A DNA stretch of 64,000 nucleotides. It comes from Candidatus Latescibacterota bacterium. GTDB lineage: Bacteria > Latescibacterota > UBA2968 > GCA-2709665. Positions 53,074 to 63,758 of this stretch are shown here, one piece after another. The notes below the pieces were generated by a model. That model searched no databases. It saw only the letters and a list, made by a program, of their open reading frames with translations, and was not told the origin of the DNA. Both the position numbers and the translations under genes were made by a program. Location: NCBI GenBank assembly GCA_965226795.1, contig CBDDDZ010000005.1, positions 1,504,001 through 1,568,000 on the forward strand, written 5' to 3'. Position 1 is the first letter of the stretch. Every line of letters begins with the position of its first letter.

Positions 53074-53742
53074 CTATTTGAAGGGCTCATCCTGCTTGTA
53101 TGTCTCCTGCAATATGGTTAATTCGGTTTTCAGACGCCCTATTTCCCGGTTTTTCGCCGCCAGGTCCTCTTTGAATGCTTCGCAGCTGTTTTCGAGTATC
53201 CTGTTTTTCTTTCTCAGGTGATTCCGTTCTTCTCCGAGCCGGTTCAGTTCTTTTCTGAGCCAATGCGCCGTTAAAGCCGCCTCTTCCCGGGTTTTATCCG
53301 CAGCACGGAGGTTTTCGCGCAAACCCTCGACGTCATCCTTGTATTTTCGCGCTTCCGTCCATCCGGATGCCGACGACCCTTCGAGTTGGGTCTGGCGTTC
53401 GCTAAGTGCCCGAAGTTCGGCCGAGCGTTCAGCCAGTGTCTGCTCAACGGCGTCCAGTTTTCCGACACGCTGCTGCAACCGGTCGTAGTCGTCCCGATGA
53501 AGCTGCACCAGGGACTCGTTTTCGAGTCGTTCCAATCTTTCTGGTTCTATAATTTTTCCATATTTCTTCCTATAAATTTCCAATATATTTTCTCTAGGAA
53601 TTCTCCACGCGCCATTCCACTTCTTGGCTTTCAGAAATTCTCGATCTATGTAGTTTCGGATCGTTTTCGTTGTCACTTTGAGTAAATGTGCCGCTTGATC
53701 GATGGTTAGGTGCTGTAACTGGGAATCTCCGGAGTCGGACAT
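53074..53742 (-). CDS. helix-turn-helix (HTH_17/MerR-like) protein with a long coiled coil
   Basis: 'LTIDQAAHLLKVTTKTIRNYI..LKAKK..WRI' followed by heptad-rich helices; GGAGG RBS. Confidence 0.85.
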   Translation of the reverse strand: MSDSGDSQLQHLTIDQAAHLLKVTTKTIRNYIDREFLKAKKWNGAWRIPRENILEIYRKKYGKIIEPERLERLENESLVQLHRDDYDRLQQRVGKLDAVEQTLAERSAELRALSERQTQLEGSSASGWTEARKYKDDVEGLRENLRAADKTREEAALTAHWLRKELNRLGEERNHLRKKNRILENSCEAFKEDLAAKNREIGRLKTELTILQETYKQDEPFK

Positions 53743-53856
53743 AATCCCTCCATTGCATAATTATTCTATTTTTTTTCAAGAATTATTATAAGGAATTTCA
53801 TCCCGGAATTCAAGAACGATTATCAGGTTGGATTCGCCCCCGGAAGGAAAATTCCA

Positions 53857-54966
53857 ATGAAAAAAGAAGGCTTGAAACGCACCCCGCTCCACGCACAGCA
53901 TGTCGCACTCAACGCGAAAATGGTGGAATTCGGAGGTTGGGAGATGCCGGTCCAATATTCCGGGATCGTTACGGAACATCGAGCAGTGCGAACGGCCGCA
54001 GGGCTGTTCGACGTCAGCCACATGGGGCAGATCCAGGTCTCGGGAGCCGGGGCCAGGGATTTTCTGCAATATCTGGCGGCCAACGACATCGAGACGCTGG
54101 AAATGGGCAGATGCCAATATTCCTTTCTCCTGAACGAACGCGGCGGCACGATTGACGACATGATGGTCTACCGGACCGACGCGGATAACTACGTTCTCGT
54201 AGTCAACGCGTCCAATGCGGAAAAAGACTGGGCCCACGTGCTCTCCACGGGGGCCGGCCGAAAAGCAATGCATCTGGATTACAAAAGCGGCGACTGTGCC
54301 CTGCTGGCATTCCAGGGTCCCGCAGCCGCCGGAATCCTGTCGGATCTGACATCCGACGATGTCACGGCGCTTCGATTCCACGACGTGCGTCCTTTTGCCG
54401 TTGCAGGCCTGCCGGTAGTGGTCGCTGCGTCGGGCTATACCGGTGAAAACGGCTTTGAGATATTCGTGCGGTCGGGCGAGGTGGAAATGTTGTGGCGCGT
54501 GATCCTGGACGCAGGTAATCATGCGGGAGCGGTACCGGTTGGTCTGGGGGCCCGGGATACGCTCCGGCTGGAGGCTTCGCTCGCCCTGTACGGGCACGAA
54601 CTGGATGAGAATACGTCCCCGTTGGATGCGAATCTGGGTTTTGCCGTCGCGAAGACCGGATCGTATATCGGTTCCGACGCGATCCGCGAACAGATGGCGC
54701 GTGGCGTCAACAAGAAATTGGTCATGCTGGAAATGATCGACCGTGGGATCCCACGCCAAGGTTACGAGATTCACCGTTCGGACGGCACGACCGCAGGCGT
54801 CGTCACCAGCGGGTCGGTCTCGCCCTGGTCCGGCAAGATCATCGCCATGGGTTTCGTAAACCCGGAGCTTGTCAGGCCTGGCCAGGAGCTGCTTGTATCC
54901 GTCCGGAACCGGCGGCTTCGAGCAAAGGTGGTTCGCCGGCCGTACTACCGTCGTCCGGGCAGTTAG
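53857..54966 (+). CDS. gcvT: glycine cleavage system aminomethyltransferase T
   Basis: KRTPL, FGGWEMPVQY, LFDVSHMG, GYTGE.GFE, GLGARDTLRLEA. Confidence 0.95.
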   Translation: MKKEGLKRTPLHAQHVALNAKMVEFGGWEMPVQYSGIVTEHRAVRTAAGLFDVSHMGQIQVSGAGARDFLQYLAANDIETLEMGRCQYSFLLNERGGTIDDMMVYRTDADNYVLVVNASNAEKDWAHVLSTGAGRKAMHLDYKSGDCALLAFQGPAAAGILSDLTSDDVTALRFHDVRPFAVAGLPVVVAASGYTGENGFEIFVRSGEVEMLWRVILDAGNHAGAVPVGLGARDTLRLEASLALYGHELDENTSPLDANLGFAVAKTGSYIGSDAIREQMARGVNKKLVMLEMIDRGIPRQGYEIHRSDGTTAGVVTSGSVSPWSGKIIAMGFVNPELVRPGQELLVSVRNRRLRAKVVRRPYYRRPGS

Positions 54967-55096
54967 TATCCTCCCCCCTACCCCCTTTGTGCCAGCCGGT
55001 TTCGATTTCCTCATCTTCGACCTTGTCTGCCCGCACGCGCAACCGATTCCATGCAAGAACGAACCCGGAATCATTGAACGACTCCGGGTTGCTGGT

Positions 55097-57550
55097 TTAT
55101 GCCACTATATTGACCAGGCGATTGGGAACGACAATCACCTTTCTGGGGACCTTGCCCGCCAGATGGCTCCTCACATTCGGCTGCTCCAGCGCCAGTCTCC
55201 TGACGTCGTCGCCTTCTGCATCCACCTCCACCTGAAACCGGGCGCGGACCTTGCCGTTGACCTGTACGGGCATCTGAATGGTTGCCGGCCGCGCAAGTTC
55301 CTCGTCACACTCGGGCCAGGCCTGTTCGTGAACGCTGTAGTTTGCGCCGATGCGTTCCCACAATTCTTCCGACAAATGCGGCGTAAAGGGCGCGATTAAC
55401 AGGCACAGCGAACGGATTGCGTCTTTCCACGCGTCCGATTCGGCGATTGCCTCGGTTTTTGCTTTTCCGAGGCGGTTGACGAAGGTCATGAGAGCGGCGA
55501 TGGCGGTGTTGAAGTCGAATGACTCCAGATCCGCCGAGACCTTCTTGATCGCCTGGTGGGTCATCCTCTTCAATTCCGTCGTCTCCCCTATCCCCGGTGG
55601 TTCGCCCGTCGCCGACGCCGGCTCCACGATAAGCGACCAGACCCGGTTCAGAAATCGGGGTACGCCTTCCATGCTCGCCGAGTTCCAGGGCCCGCCCTGA
55701 ACCCAACGGCTGATAAACATCAGATACGCCCGAACGCTGTCAACGCCGTGCGCGTCGATGAGATCGTCCGGATTCACCACGTTTCCCCGGGACTTGCTCA
55801 TTTTCTCGGAATCCTCGCCGAGTATGATTCCCTGGTTGAACAGCCGGACCATGGGTTCGACTTCATCGGTGTCGATCAGCTTCATGTCCCGCATCGCCAT
55901 CGTGAAGAAACGGGTGTAGAGCAGATGCATCGTCGCGTGTTCTATGCCGCCCGTATACTGATCCACCGGCAGCCAGTACGCCCCTTCGTCCGGATCGAAC
56001 GGGCCGGCACCGTAACAAGGACTGAGATACCGGTACTGATACCAGGAAGAACACATGAACGTATCCATCGTATCGGTTTCTCTCAACGCATCCCCGTGAC
56101 ATTCCGGGCAGGTCGTATGCAGGAATCCTTCGTGACGTTTCAGAGGAGATTCGCCCGTAGGCAGAAACTCCGCGTCGTCGGGCAGCGTCACAGGAAGATC
56201 CCGCTCCGGGACGGGCACCACGCCGCAGTCGGCGCAGTAGATGATCGGTATGGGACAACCCCAATACCGCTGACGCGAAATCAGCCAGTCGTGCAACCGA
56301 TAGTTTACCTGCCGCTCTCCGATTCCCCGATCTTCCAGATCGTCAGCCACCGCATTCCTCGCGGCATCGGACGGCATTCCGCTGAATCGGTCGGAATTGA
56401 CCAGAGTGCCTTCTCCTTCGTATGGACGCTCAAGGGGGCGACCATCCCAGTCGGGAGGCGAAATTACCGTTGAAACGGTCAATCCGTACCGTTTCGCAAA
56501 CCCGAAATCCCTTTCGTCGTGTCCGGGCACGGCCATGATCGCGCCGGTTCCGTACGTTGTCAGTACATAATCGGCGATAAAGATCGGAACCTCAGCGTCG
56601 TTCATGGGGTTTATTGCATACGCGCCAGTAAAAACACCATCCCTGTCCTTGTCCAACGACAACCGATCGATTTCGGATCGCCGGCCGGTTTTTTCGCGGT
56701 ACGACGCGACTTCTGCCGCCCGGGCCTGCGTTGTAAGCGTATCGACAAGATGATGCTCCGGCGCAAGTACAGCGAACGTTACGCCGAAGATCGTATCCGC
56801 GCGCGTGGTGAAAACCCGGAGCGATTCCCCCGTTCCCTTCACGCTCATTTCAAACGTCACCCCTTCGCTTCGGCCGATCCAGTTGGTCTGCATCGTTTCG
56901 ACCCGGTCGGGCCAGTCCAGGCCCGAAAAATTCAGCAGCGAATCCGCATATTTCGTTATCCGGAACAACCACTGATCCAGGTCTTTTTTGACAACGGGTG
57001 TATTGCAACGCTCGCAGTGGCGGTCGTCTCCCCACACCTGCTCTCTTGCAATCGTGGTATTGCAGCGGGGACACCAGTCCACCGGGGCCTTTTTCCGATA
57101 AGCCAACCCGTGGCGATAAAACTGCAGGAAAAGCCACTGCGTCCACTTGTAGTATTCAGGTTCGCACGTGATGATCTCTCTGTCCCAGTCGAACATGGCG
57201 CCCATTCTTTTCAGGTGTCGCCGCATTCTTTCCACGTTGTCCATAGTCCATTTGACCGGATGAATTCCCCTTTCGATGGCAGCATTCTCCGCCGGCAGCC
57301 CAAACGCATCAAAACCAATCGGGAACAGGACGTTGTATCCTTTCATCCGCATCCATCTGGCGCGTGCATCGGAAGGCGCCATTGCATACCAGTGTCCGAT
57401 ATGCAGGTCTCCCGAGGTATACGGCAACATCGTCAGCGCGTAGTGCTTGGGTTCGCCTTCCTTGACGGCGCTCCTGTAGAGCCCCGTCTCCTCCCAGTGT
57501 GTGCGCCATTTGGATTCGATCGAAGCAAAATCATATCCACTCTCAGCCAT
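55097..57550 (-). CDS. leuS: leucine--tRNA ligase
   Basis: MLPYTSGDLHIGH, FGLPAENAA, ISRQRYWG, KMSKS, QVNGKVR. Confidence 0.97.
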   Translation of the reverse strand: MAESGYDFASIESKWRTHWEETGLYRSAVKEGEPKHYALTMLPYTSGDLHIGHWYAMAPSDARARWMRMKGYNVLFPIGFDAFGLPAENAAIERGIHPVKWTMDNVERMRRHLKRMGAMFDWDREIITCEPEYYKWTQWLFLQFYRHGLAYRKKAPVDWCPRCNTTIAREQVWGDDRHCERCNTPVVKKDLDQWLFRITKYADSLLNFSGLDWPDRVETMQTNWIGRSEGVTFEMSVKGTGESLRVFTTRADTIFGVTFAVLAPEHHLVDTLTTQARAAEVASYREKTGRRSEIDRLSLDKDRDGVFTGAYAINPMNDAEVPIFIADYVLTTYGTGAIMAVPGHDERDFGFAKRYGLTVSTVISPPDWDGRPLERPYEGEGTLVNSDRFSGMPSDAARNAVADDLEDRGIGERQVNYRLHDWLISRQRYWGCPIPIIYCADCGVVPVPERDLPVTLPDDAEFLPTGESPLKRHEGFLHTTCPECHGDALRETDTMDTFMCSSWYQYRYLSPCYGAGPFDPDEGAYWLPVDQYTGGIEHATMHLLYTRFFTMAMRDMKLIDTDEVEPMVRLFNQGIILGEDSEKMSKSRGNVVNPDDLIDAHGVDSVRAYLMFISRWVQGGPWNSASMEGVPRFLNRVWSLIVEPASATGEPPGIGETTELKRMTHQAIKKVSADLESFDFNTAIAALMTFVNRLGKAKTEAIAESDAWKDAIRSLCLLIAPFTPHLSEELWERIGANYSVHEQAWPECDEELARPATIQMPVQVNGKVRARFQVEVDAEGDDVRRLALEQPNVRSHLAGKVPRKVIVVPNRLVNIVA

Positions 57551-57574
57551 CTGACGGCTCCCTATTCTCACATT

Positions 57575-58870
57575 TTATGGGTAAAGCCGCTGCAGCATCC
57601 GGGGAAACGGAATGGTTTCCCGTACATGCCGCAACCCGCAGATCCACGCCACGGTCCGTTCAATGCCCAGCCCGAAACCGGCGTGTGGAACGGATCCGTA
57701 GCGCCTCAGGTCCAGGTACCATTGGAAGGGAGTCTCGTCAAGTCCGTGTTCGGCGATTTTCCGCCGCAATTCCTCCAGGTTGTCCTCACGTTGCCCGCCC
57801 CCGATGATTTCTCCGTATCCTTCAGACGCCAGCATATCCATACACAGCGCCAGCCGACCATCGTCCGGATCCCCTTTCATGTAAAAGGCTTTGCACGCCG
57901 CGGGATACCGGTGCACCAAAACCGGACGATCGAACTGTTCGGCCAGCACGGTTTCTTCGTCGCCGCCGAAATCATCGCCCCACGCATGGGATATGCCGTT
58001 CTGGTTCAAAAGGCCCACCGCTTCACTATATGAGATTCTGGGGAACGGTTTCTTCACGCGCTCGAGTGGCTCGAGATCCCGTTGCAGTAGCTCCAGTTCC
58101 TTCCGGCGTCTTTCCAGGACCTGCTGAACCACCGTGCTGACGAAGTCTTCCGCCAGATCCATGTCGCCATTCAGATCCAGGTAAGCGACCTCCGGTTCGA
58201 CCATCCAGAATTCGGCAAGGTGGCGACGGGTTTTCGATTTCTCCGCCCTGAACGTCGGCCCGAAACAGTAGACCTTGCCGAAGGCCATGGCGCTGGCCTC
58301 CAGATACAGTTGACCGCTCTGGGTCAGGTATGCCTGATCGTCAAAGTAGTCGGTCTGAAAAAGTGTCGTCGTACCCTCGCAGGAGGATGGTGTAAAGATC
58401 GGCGAATCCGTCAGTACGAACTCTCGTTCGTCGAAATAACTCCTGCACGCCCGGATGACTTCGCTTCGCACACGCAAGATGGCGTGCTGACGGGAAGAAC
58501 GCAGCCAGAGATGACGATGATCCATCAAAAAGGCGGTCCCGTGCGCCTTTGGCGTAATGGGATAGGGTTCCGATGCCTGGACCACCTCGATATCGGAAAC
58601 GCCAACCTCAAAACCCAGAGGCGAGCGTCTGTCCTCGCGCACATCCCCCCATACGCGCAGGGACGACTCCTGAGTCAGGCTGCCTGAGCGCTCGAACAGG
58701 TCGGACGACACGTCCCCCTTGAACACAACACATTGCACCACACCGGTTCCGTCCCTCAGTTGCAGAAAGTGCAGCTTTCCGCTGGAGCGTTTGTTGTGCA
58801 ACCAGCCCTGAAGCAGGACATCACGTCCTTCGTACTCCGCGATCTTTGAAATCGAAATGGGTATGGCCAT
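57575..58870 (-). CDS. asnS: asparagine--tRNA ligase
   Basis: [47 protein letters not shown]. Confidence 0.95.
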   Translation of the reverse strand: MAIPISISKIAEYEGRDVLLQGWLHNKRSSGKLHFLQLRDGTGVVQCVVFKGDVSSDLFERSGSLTQESSLRVWGDVREDRRSPLGFEVGVSDIEVVQASEPYPITPKAHGTAFLMDHRHLWLRSSRQHAILRVRSEVIRACRSYFDEREFVLTDSPIFTPSSCEGTTTLFQTDYFDDQAYLTQSGQLYLEASAMAFGKVYCFGPTFRAEKSKTRRHLAEFWMVEPEVAYLDLNGDMDLAEDFVSTVVQQVLERRRKELELLQRDLEPLERVKKPFPRISYSEAVGLLNQNGISHAWGDDFGGDEETVLAEQFDRPVLVHRYPAACKAFYMKGDPDDGRLALCMDMLASEGYGEIIGGGQREDNLEELRRKIAEHGLDETPFQWYLDLRRYGSVPHAGFGLGIERTVAWICGLRHVRETIPFPRMLQRLYP

Positions 58871-59062
58871 CGTATTCCTCCCCGGGTCACGCAGTCGATG
58901 CGTCCGAAGACCCCAGTGCGACGGTCCGACGGATCCGAAGCGCCCCGGATATGGATTCGGTGGTTCGCGATATGCAGTTCCTTTTCCCTACTGTGCAAAA
59001 CCAAAAAAGACGATCGGGAAGTTGCCGATCGCCTTCTGCCGTCCCCTGGCTGACCACGCGGA

Positions 59063-61201
59063 TCAGCGCCGGTTGGGCCTTCGCGGACCTCGCGATTGGC
59101 GCGGCGGCGGTTCGACGTACCCCGGAGGGGGTTCGAAGGTCGCCTTGCGACTAAGTCGAATCTTGCCCTGGTCGTCGATCGCAATCACCTTGACGTCCAC
59201 CTTATCCCTTTCGGACAGCACGTCTTCGACCTTGTTCACCCGGCTGTAATCCAACTCGGATATGTGACAGAGCCCCTCTTTTCCGGGGAGAATCTCGATA
59301 AAGGCACCGAATTCCATTAGACGCTTGACCGTGCCATTGTACACCCGGCCCACTTCCGCATCTTCCACCAGCGCCTTGATCCTCTCCATAGCTTCTTCCC
59401 CGGCTGCGGCATCGACCGAACTGACGGTAATCAGTCCATCGTCTTCCACCGCCACAGTGGCGCCCGTCTCTTCAATACTGCGAATGGTCTTGCCGCCCGG
59501 GCCGATAACCGTGCCGATCTTGGCCGGATCGATATAAAGGGAAAGAATACGCGGCGCGTACGGAGACAACTCCGGCCTCGGGCGGACAATCGCTTCGTTC
59601 ATTTTGTCCAGAATGTGGTCCAGTGCTCCCCGGGCGCGTCCAAAGGCCTCCTGCATAATCTCAAAACTGATACCCTTGATCTTGATGTCCAGCTGGATCG
59701 ATGTCAATCCCTCGGCCGTCCCCGCGATCTTCAGATCCATATCGCCGAGATGGTCTTCCTCGCCCAAAATGTCGGTCAGCAGCGCCCAACTGGAACCGTC
59801 CTCCCCCATCACCAGCCCTACACCCGCGCCCGCAACCGCCGTCTTAACGGGAACACCTGCATCCATCAGGGCGAGCGATCCGCCGCACACCGTGGCCATA
59901 GACGACGAACTGTTGGATTCCAGGATCTCGGAAACCACCCGAATCGTATAGGGAAAATGCTTTTCTTTGGGTATGACGGGAACCAGCGCCTTTTCTGCAA
60001 GGACTCCGTGGCCGATTTCCCGCCGCCCGGGGGCCCCGATCCGGCGGGTTTCCCCAACGCTGTACGACGGAAAGTTGTAGTCCAGCATGAAACTCTTATA
60101 GGACATTCCCTCGAGATCGTCCACCATGCGGGTATCCAGCTTGCTGCCCAGCGTGGCCACGCATAGCGCCTGGGTCTGCCCCCTCGTAAACATGGCCGAC
60201 CCGTGTACGCGCGGCAATGGCCCGAGTTCAATTTCAATCGGCCGCACTTCGTCCAGGGCCCTTCCGTCGATCCTCCGGTCCTCCTCCAGAATCATCCGGC
60301 GCATTTCCGCCTTGACAATCGCTCCGATCTCCGCGGCGATTTCCGCGCGCGATTCCGGAAACCTCTCTTCCAGGGCCGCCTGTGTATCCTCTTCAATTCC
60401 GGCAATGACGTTCGCCCGGTCTTCTTTCTCAGACAACCGGTTCGCCTCTCGGATGCGCAGAGCCACCAGTGCCCTCACGGCTTCTTCAAGCGCTTCATCG
60501 GGTTCGGATTCAACAACCTCCCGCTTTGGTTTGCCGCACCGGGCCACCAGGTCTTCCTGCATTTCCACCAGCCTGGCGATGGCATCCTGACCCGCCCGCA
60601 GGGCTCCCAACACGTCGGCGTCCGGCGCCTCGTGGCATACGCCCTCAACGGAGATAATCGATTCTTTGTTTCCGGACACGATGATGTTGATGTCGCTTTC
60701 GTCCAGTTGTTCATAGGTTGGATTGATCACGTACTCGCCGTTTATCCGTCCCACCTTCACCGCGCCGATCGGCCCGTCGAACGGAATGTCGGAGACACAG
60801 ACAGCTGCCGATGCGCCGTTCATCGCCAGCACGGCAGGGTCGTTTTCTTCATCGAACGAAAGTATGGTTACCAGAACCTGCGTTTCCACGTTCCGTATCA
60901 GGAACAAAGGCCGAATCTGGTGGTCGATCAACCTGGCACTCACCTTTTCCGTTGTGGAAGGCGCGCTTTCCCGCTTGAAAAAGTTCCCGGGTATTCTGCC
61001 GCTCGCGTAGAATTTCTCTCGATAGTCCACTGTCAGTGGAAAGAAATCCAAATCGGATTCTCTGGTATCCGCCACCGTAGCCACCAGCACCACGGTTTCA
61101 CCATACTGCATCCATACGGCGCCATGGGCCTGCTTGGCCACGCGTCCGTGTTCAATTGATAACGTCCGTCCGTCCAGTTCCATTTCAAATTTTTCTGCCA
61201 T
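59063..61201 (-). CDS. pnp: polyribonucleotide nucleotidyltransferase
   Basis: FFPLTVDYRE, RIDGR, RREIGHG, EDHLGDMD, KH and S1 domains. Confidence 0.97.
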   Translation of the reverse strand: MAEKFEMELDGRTLSIEHGRVAKQAHGAVWMQYGETVVLVATVADTRESDLDFFPLTVDYREKFYASGRIPGNFFKRESAPSTTEKVSARLIDHQIRPLFLIRNVETQVLVTILSFDEENDPAVLAMNGASAAVCVSDIPFDGPIGAVKVGRINGEYVINPTYEQLDESDINIIVSGNKESIISVEGVCHEAPDADVLGALRAGQDAIARLVEMQEDLVARCGKPKREVVESEPDEALEEAVRALVALRIREANRLSEKEDRANVIAGIEEDTQAALEERFPESRAEIAAEIGAIVKAEMRRMILEEDRRIDGRALDEVRPIEIELGPLPRVHGSAMFTRGQTQALCVATLGSKLDTRMVDDLEGMSYKSFMLDYNFPSYSVGETRRIGAPGRREIGHGVLAEKALVPVIPKEKHFPYTIRVVSEILESNSSSSMATVCGGSLALMDAGVPVKTAVAGAGVGLVMGEDGSSWALLTDILGEEDHLGDMDLKIAGTAEGLTSIQLDIKIKGISFEIMQEAFGRARGALDHILDKMNEAIVRPRPELSPYAPRILSLYIDPAKIGTVIGPGGKTIRSIEETGATVAVEDDGLITVSSVDAAAGEEAMERIKALVEDAEVGRVYNGTVKRLMEFGAFIEILPGKEGLCHISELDYSRVNKVEDVLSERDKVDVKVIAIDDQGKIRLSRKATFEPPPGYVEPPPRQSRGPRRPNRR

Positions 61202-61276
61202 CCACCCCTTCTCCTGAAAAAAAATGAACGTACCTCCAGCCTGTAGCCGCTAATTCGGGTAATTCGCTGCAGACAT

Positions 61277-61546
61277 TCAACCACGTATTCCGAGTTTGCC
61301 AATCAATGCACGATATCCGGCCAGGTCACGGCGCTGCATATACTTCAGGAAACGCCGGCGCTGGCCTACCAGTTTGAGCAGCCCGCGGCGCGAGTGGTGA
61401 TCTTTCATATGCCGCCGGGCGTGTTCGGTCAACATCCTTATCCGCTCCGTCAACAGTGCGATCTGCACTTCAACGGATCCGGTATCCTGGGCGGCTCGAC
61501 CGAAGGAATCCACCAATTCGCCTTTCTTTTCTTTTGCTAAACCCAA
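61277..61546 (-). CDS. rpsO: 30S ribosomal protein S15 (TTG start)
   Basis: [40 protein letters not shown]. Confidence 0.97.
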   Translation of the reverse strand: MGLAKEKKGELVDSFGRAAQDTGSVEVQIALLTERIRMLTEHARRHMKDHHSRRGLLKLVGQRRRFLKYMQRRDLAGYRALIGKLGIRG

Positions 61547-62493
61547 TGCTTTACCTCCATGTGATGGAACAACTCCTGTCCCAAAATGTCCCGGGCTCGC
61601 TGCCCGTCTCTGTGAATTTGCGAAATCAACGCTTCTGAATTCCGAAACCGGCGTTCGCCGCGCAGGCGATCCACCAGTTCCAGCGATATCCGGCGTCCGT
61701 AAAGATCCCCGTTGAAATCCAGCAGGTGGGCCTCCAACATCCTGTGCTTTCCGTTAAAGGTAGGACGTACGCCGAGGTTTATTACGGCTGCGTAGTGTTC
61801 AGGCACAAACGCTCTGGCCGCGTACACCCCATCTGGCGGCAACAGCTTCATGGAATCGTCCGGCACAATATTGGCGGTTGGATAACCCAGTTGCCGCCCG
61901 CGGCCATCGCCAGGCGTCACACTGCCTGAAACGGGATATCCGCCTCCCAGCATCTCACGGGCTTCGTCAATTTTCCCCTTTCGCACCAGCTCCCGAAGCC
62001 GGCTGCTGCTTACCGGGCAATCTCCGACCATCACTGGCGACACAATCGAAACCTCGAAACCGAACCGATCGCCAAGCGCCCGCATGGTTTCTGGGTCGCC
62101 GCTTCGGCCTTTGCCGAATCCGTGATCGTAACCCAGCACCACAACCTTCGCGTCCAGATACTCCACCAAATAGGTCGATACAAATGCCTCGGGACCTAAC
62201 ATCTGTACCTGCCGGGTAAATGGAATGACCGCCAATACGTCGAGCCCGGCATCTTCAAGCCGCCTGCGCTTCTCGTCCATGGATGTCAGAACGACCGGCG
62301 GGTCGTCAGGATGGATAACGGCCCGTGGATGCGGATCGAAGGTGACGGCAACGGCGGTGCCGGACCGCGCCCGGGCCATTGCGACAACGACTTCGATTAC
62401 GGCCCGATGCCCACGGTGGACACCGTCGAATGTGCCGACCGTGACCACCGCGCTAGATAAGTCGAGCGTCTGCTCTAACGTTCGCGTCTGCAT
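61537..62493 (-). CDS. ribF: bifunctional riboflavin kinase/FAD synthetase
   Basis: [37 protein letters not shown]. Confidence 0.95.
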   Translation of the reverse strand: MQTRTLEQTLDLSSAVVTVGTFDGVHRGHRAVIEVVVAMARARSGTAVAVTFDPHPRAVIHPDDPPVVLTSMDEKRRRLEDAGLDVLAVIPFTRQVQMLGPEAFVSTYLVEYLDAKVVVLGYDHGFGKGRSGDPETMRALGDRFGFEVSIVSPVMVGDCPVSSSRLRELVRKGKIDEAREMLGGGYPVSGSVTPGDGRGRQLGYPTANIVPDDSMKLLPPDGVYAARAFVPEHYAAVINLGVRPTFNGKHRMLEAHLLDFNGDLYGRRISLELVDRLRGERRFRNSEALISQIHRDGQRARDILGQELFHHMEVKHWV

Positions 62494-62498
62494 CCGTT

Positions 62499-63407
62499 TC
62501 AACCTTTTGGTTGGCTCAGCACCCGTACGGGCTTCAAGCTCCCGTCTTCGGCCCTCCAACGCCCGATGCCGAGCAACACCCCCTCGGGATATAGCGCCCG
62601 TACGAGCCGGCCCGACTCGAGGGCGTTTCCGTCCTCTACATTGGCGACGGCATTGCCGTGAACAAAACAACCTGCCTGAGCGGCGTTCAAGTTGAGACGT
62701 GGCAGGTCGCGCAATAACCGGTTCGGGTCCATGAGGTACGGCTGCAGTTCCACCTCCGACCCGACCGATTCGAGCCGTGAAAGGGTAACGCACTGATCGA
62801 CACGAACGGGTCCGGCAGCCATGCGCCTGAGGCCGGCCAGATATGCGCCACAACCCAGCTCCCGGCCGATATCGTCGGCCAAGGTGCGGATATATGTACC
62901 CTTTGAACAGGAGATCGTCAGGTGTAAATCGGGTGGCGCAAAGTTTTCAATATCGATTCCGAAGATGCGCACATGGGACGGTCGTCGGGTGACTTCCGCG
63001 CCCTTCCGCGCCAGTTTGTACAATCGACTGCCATCTACCTTTCGGGCTGAAAACATCGGCGGAATCTGCTCAATTTCGCCAACAAAGGAAGCCACCGCGC
63101 GACGGACAACCGACGACTCGGCGGGTACGCGGTCGGACCGCGCCACAACTTCCCCTTCCGCGTCCAGAGTACTTGTACGAATTCCGAGCCGGATATGGGC
63201 GGAATACGTCTTGTCGTGGTTTGCAAGATAGGAACTGAGTCGGGTCGCCTTGCCGAGGCACAACACCAGAACTCCGGTCGCGAGCGGGTCCAGAGTGCCC
63301 GTATGCCCCACTTTCCGAATGTCCAGCCGTCGTCGAACGCGGTCGATCACATCGTGAGACGTCAGTTCCAGAGGCTTGTCGATGGGCAACACGCCAGTGA
63401 CGTTGAT
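62499..63407 (-). CDS. truB: tRNA pseudouridine(55) synthase (start codon uncertain)
   Basis: IDKP..TSHD, GHTGTLDPLATGVL, QIPPMFSA, CSKGTYIRTL. Confidence 0.95.
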   Translation of the reverse strand: MNVTGVLPIDKPLELTSHDVIDRVRRRLDIRKVGHTGTLDPLATGVLVLCLGKATRLSSYLANHDKTYSAHIRLGIRTSTLDAEGEVVARSDRVPAESSVVRRAVASFVGEIEQIPPMFSARKVDGSRLYKLARKGAEVTRRPSHVRIFGIDIENFAPPDLHLTISCSKGTYIRTLADDIGRELGCGAYLAGLRRMAAGPVRVDQCVTLSRLESVGSEVELQPYLMDPNRLLRDLPRLNLNAAQAGCFVHGNAVANVEDGNALESGRLVRALYPEGVLLGIGRWRAEDGSLKPVRVLSQPKG

Positions 63408-63422
63408 CCTGGCCTCCCCATT

Positions 63423-63758
63423 CTACGGCTTCAAGTCATCCAGCAGCTTATCGATCCTGCTGGCGTGCTCCAACGTCTGATCCAGCTTGAACTCCAGTTC
63501 CGGCACGTGTCTCAGCCGGATACGCCCGCCGAGTTCCTTACGGAGAAACGGCATCGCGCGCTGCAGGGTCTTCAGGCTCTCGTCGCGAATCTGCCCCTCA
63601 CCCATCACGCTAACGTATACCCGCGCGAATTTCAGATCCCGTGTCACCCGCACGTCCATGACGGTGACGTAACCCAGACGAGGATCCTTCACGTGACGGT
63701 GGATCAAGTCACTCAGTTCTTCCTGAATCTGCCGTCCAACGCTCTCGGCGCGCCACAT
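63423..63758 (-). CDS. rbfA: ribosome-binding factor A
   Basis: KDPRL..VTV..V..DLKFARVY, LRHVPELEF; its ATG overlaps the upstream TGA. Confidence 0.95.
   Translation of the reverse strand: MWRAESVGRQIQEELSDLIHRHVKDPRLGYVTVMDVRVTRDLKFARVYVSVMGEGQIRDESLKTLQRAMPFLRKELGGRIRLRHVPELEFKLDQTLEHASRIDKLLDDLKP

Noticed and set aside
53743..53856. Glycine riboswitch upstream of gcvT
   Set aside because: The gap is short and AT-rich, without GGAGA/CCGAAG/CUCUCAGG motifs.
56519..58033. Long antisense ORFs such as 56519-58033, 53776-55074, 29504-30697 and 23563-24750
   Set aside because: They are shadows of well-supported genes on the opposite strand, common in GC-rich DNA.
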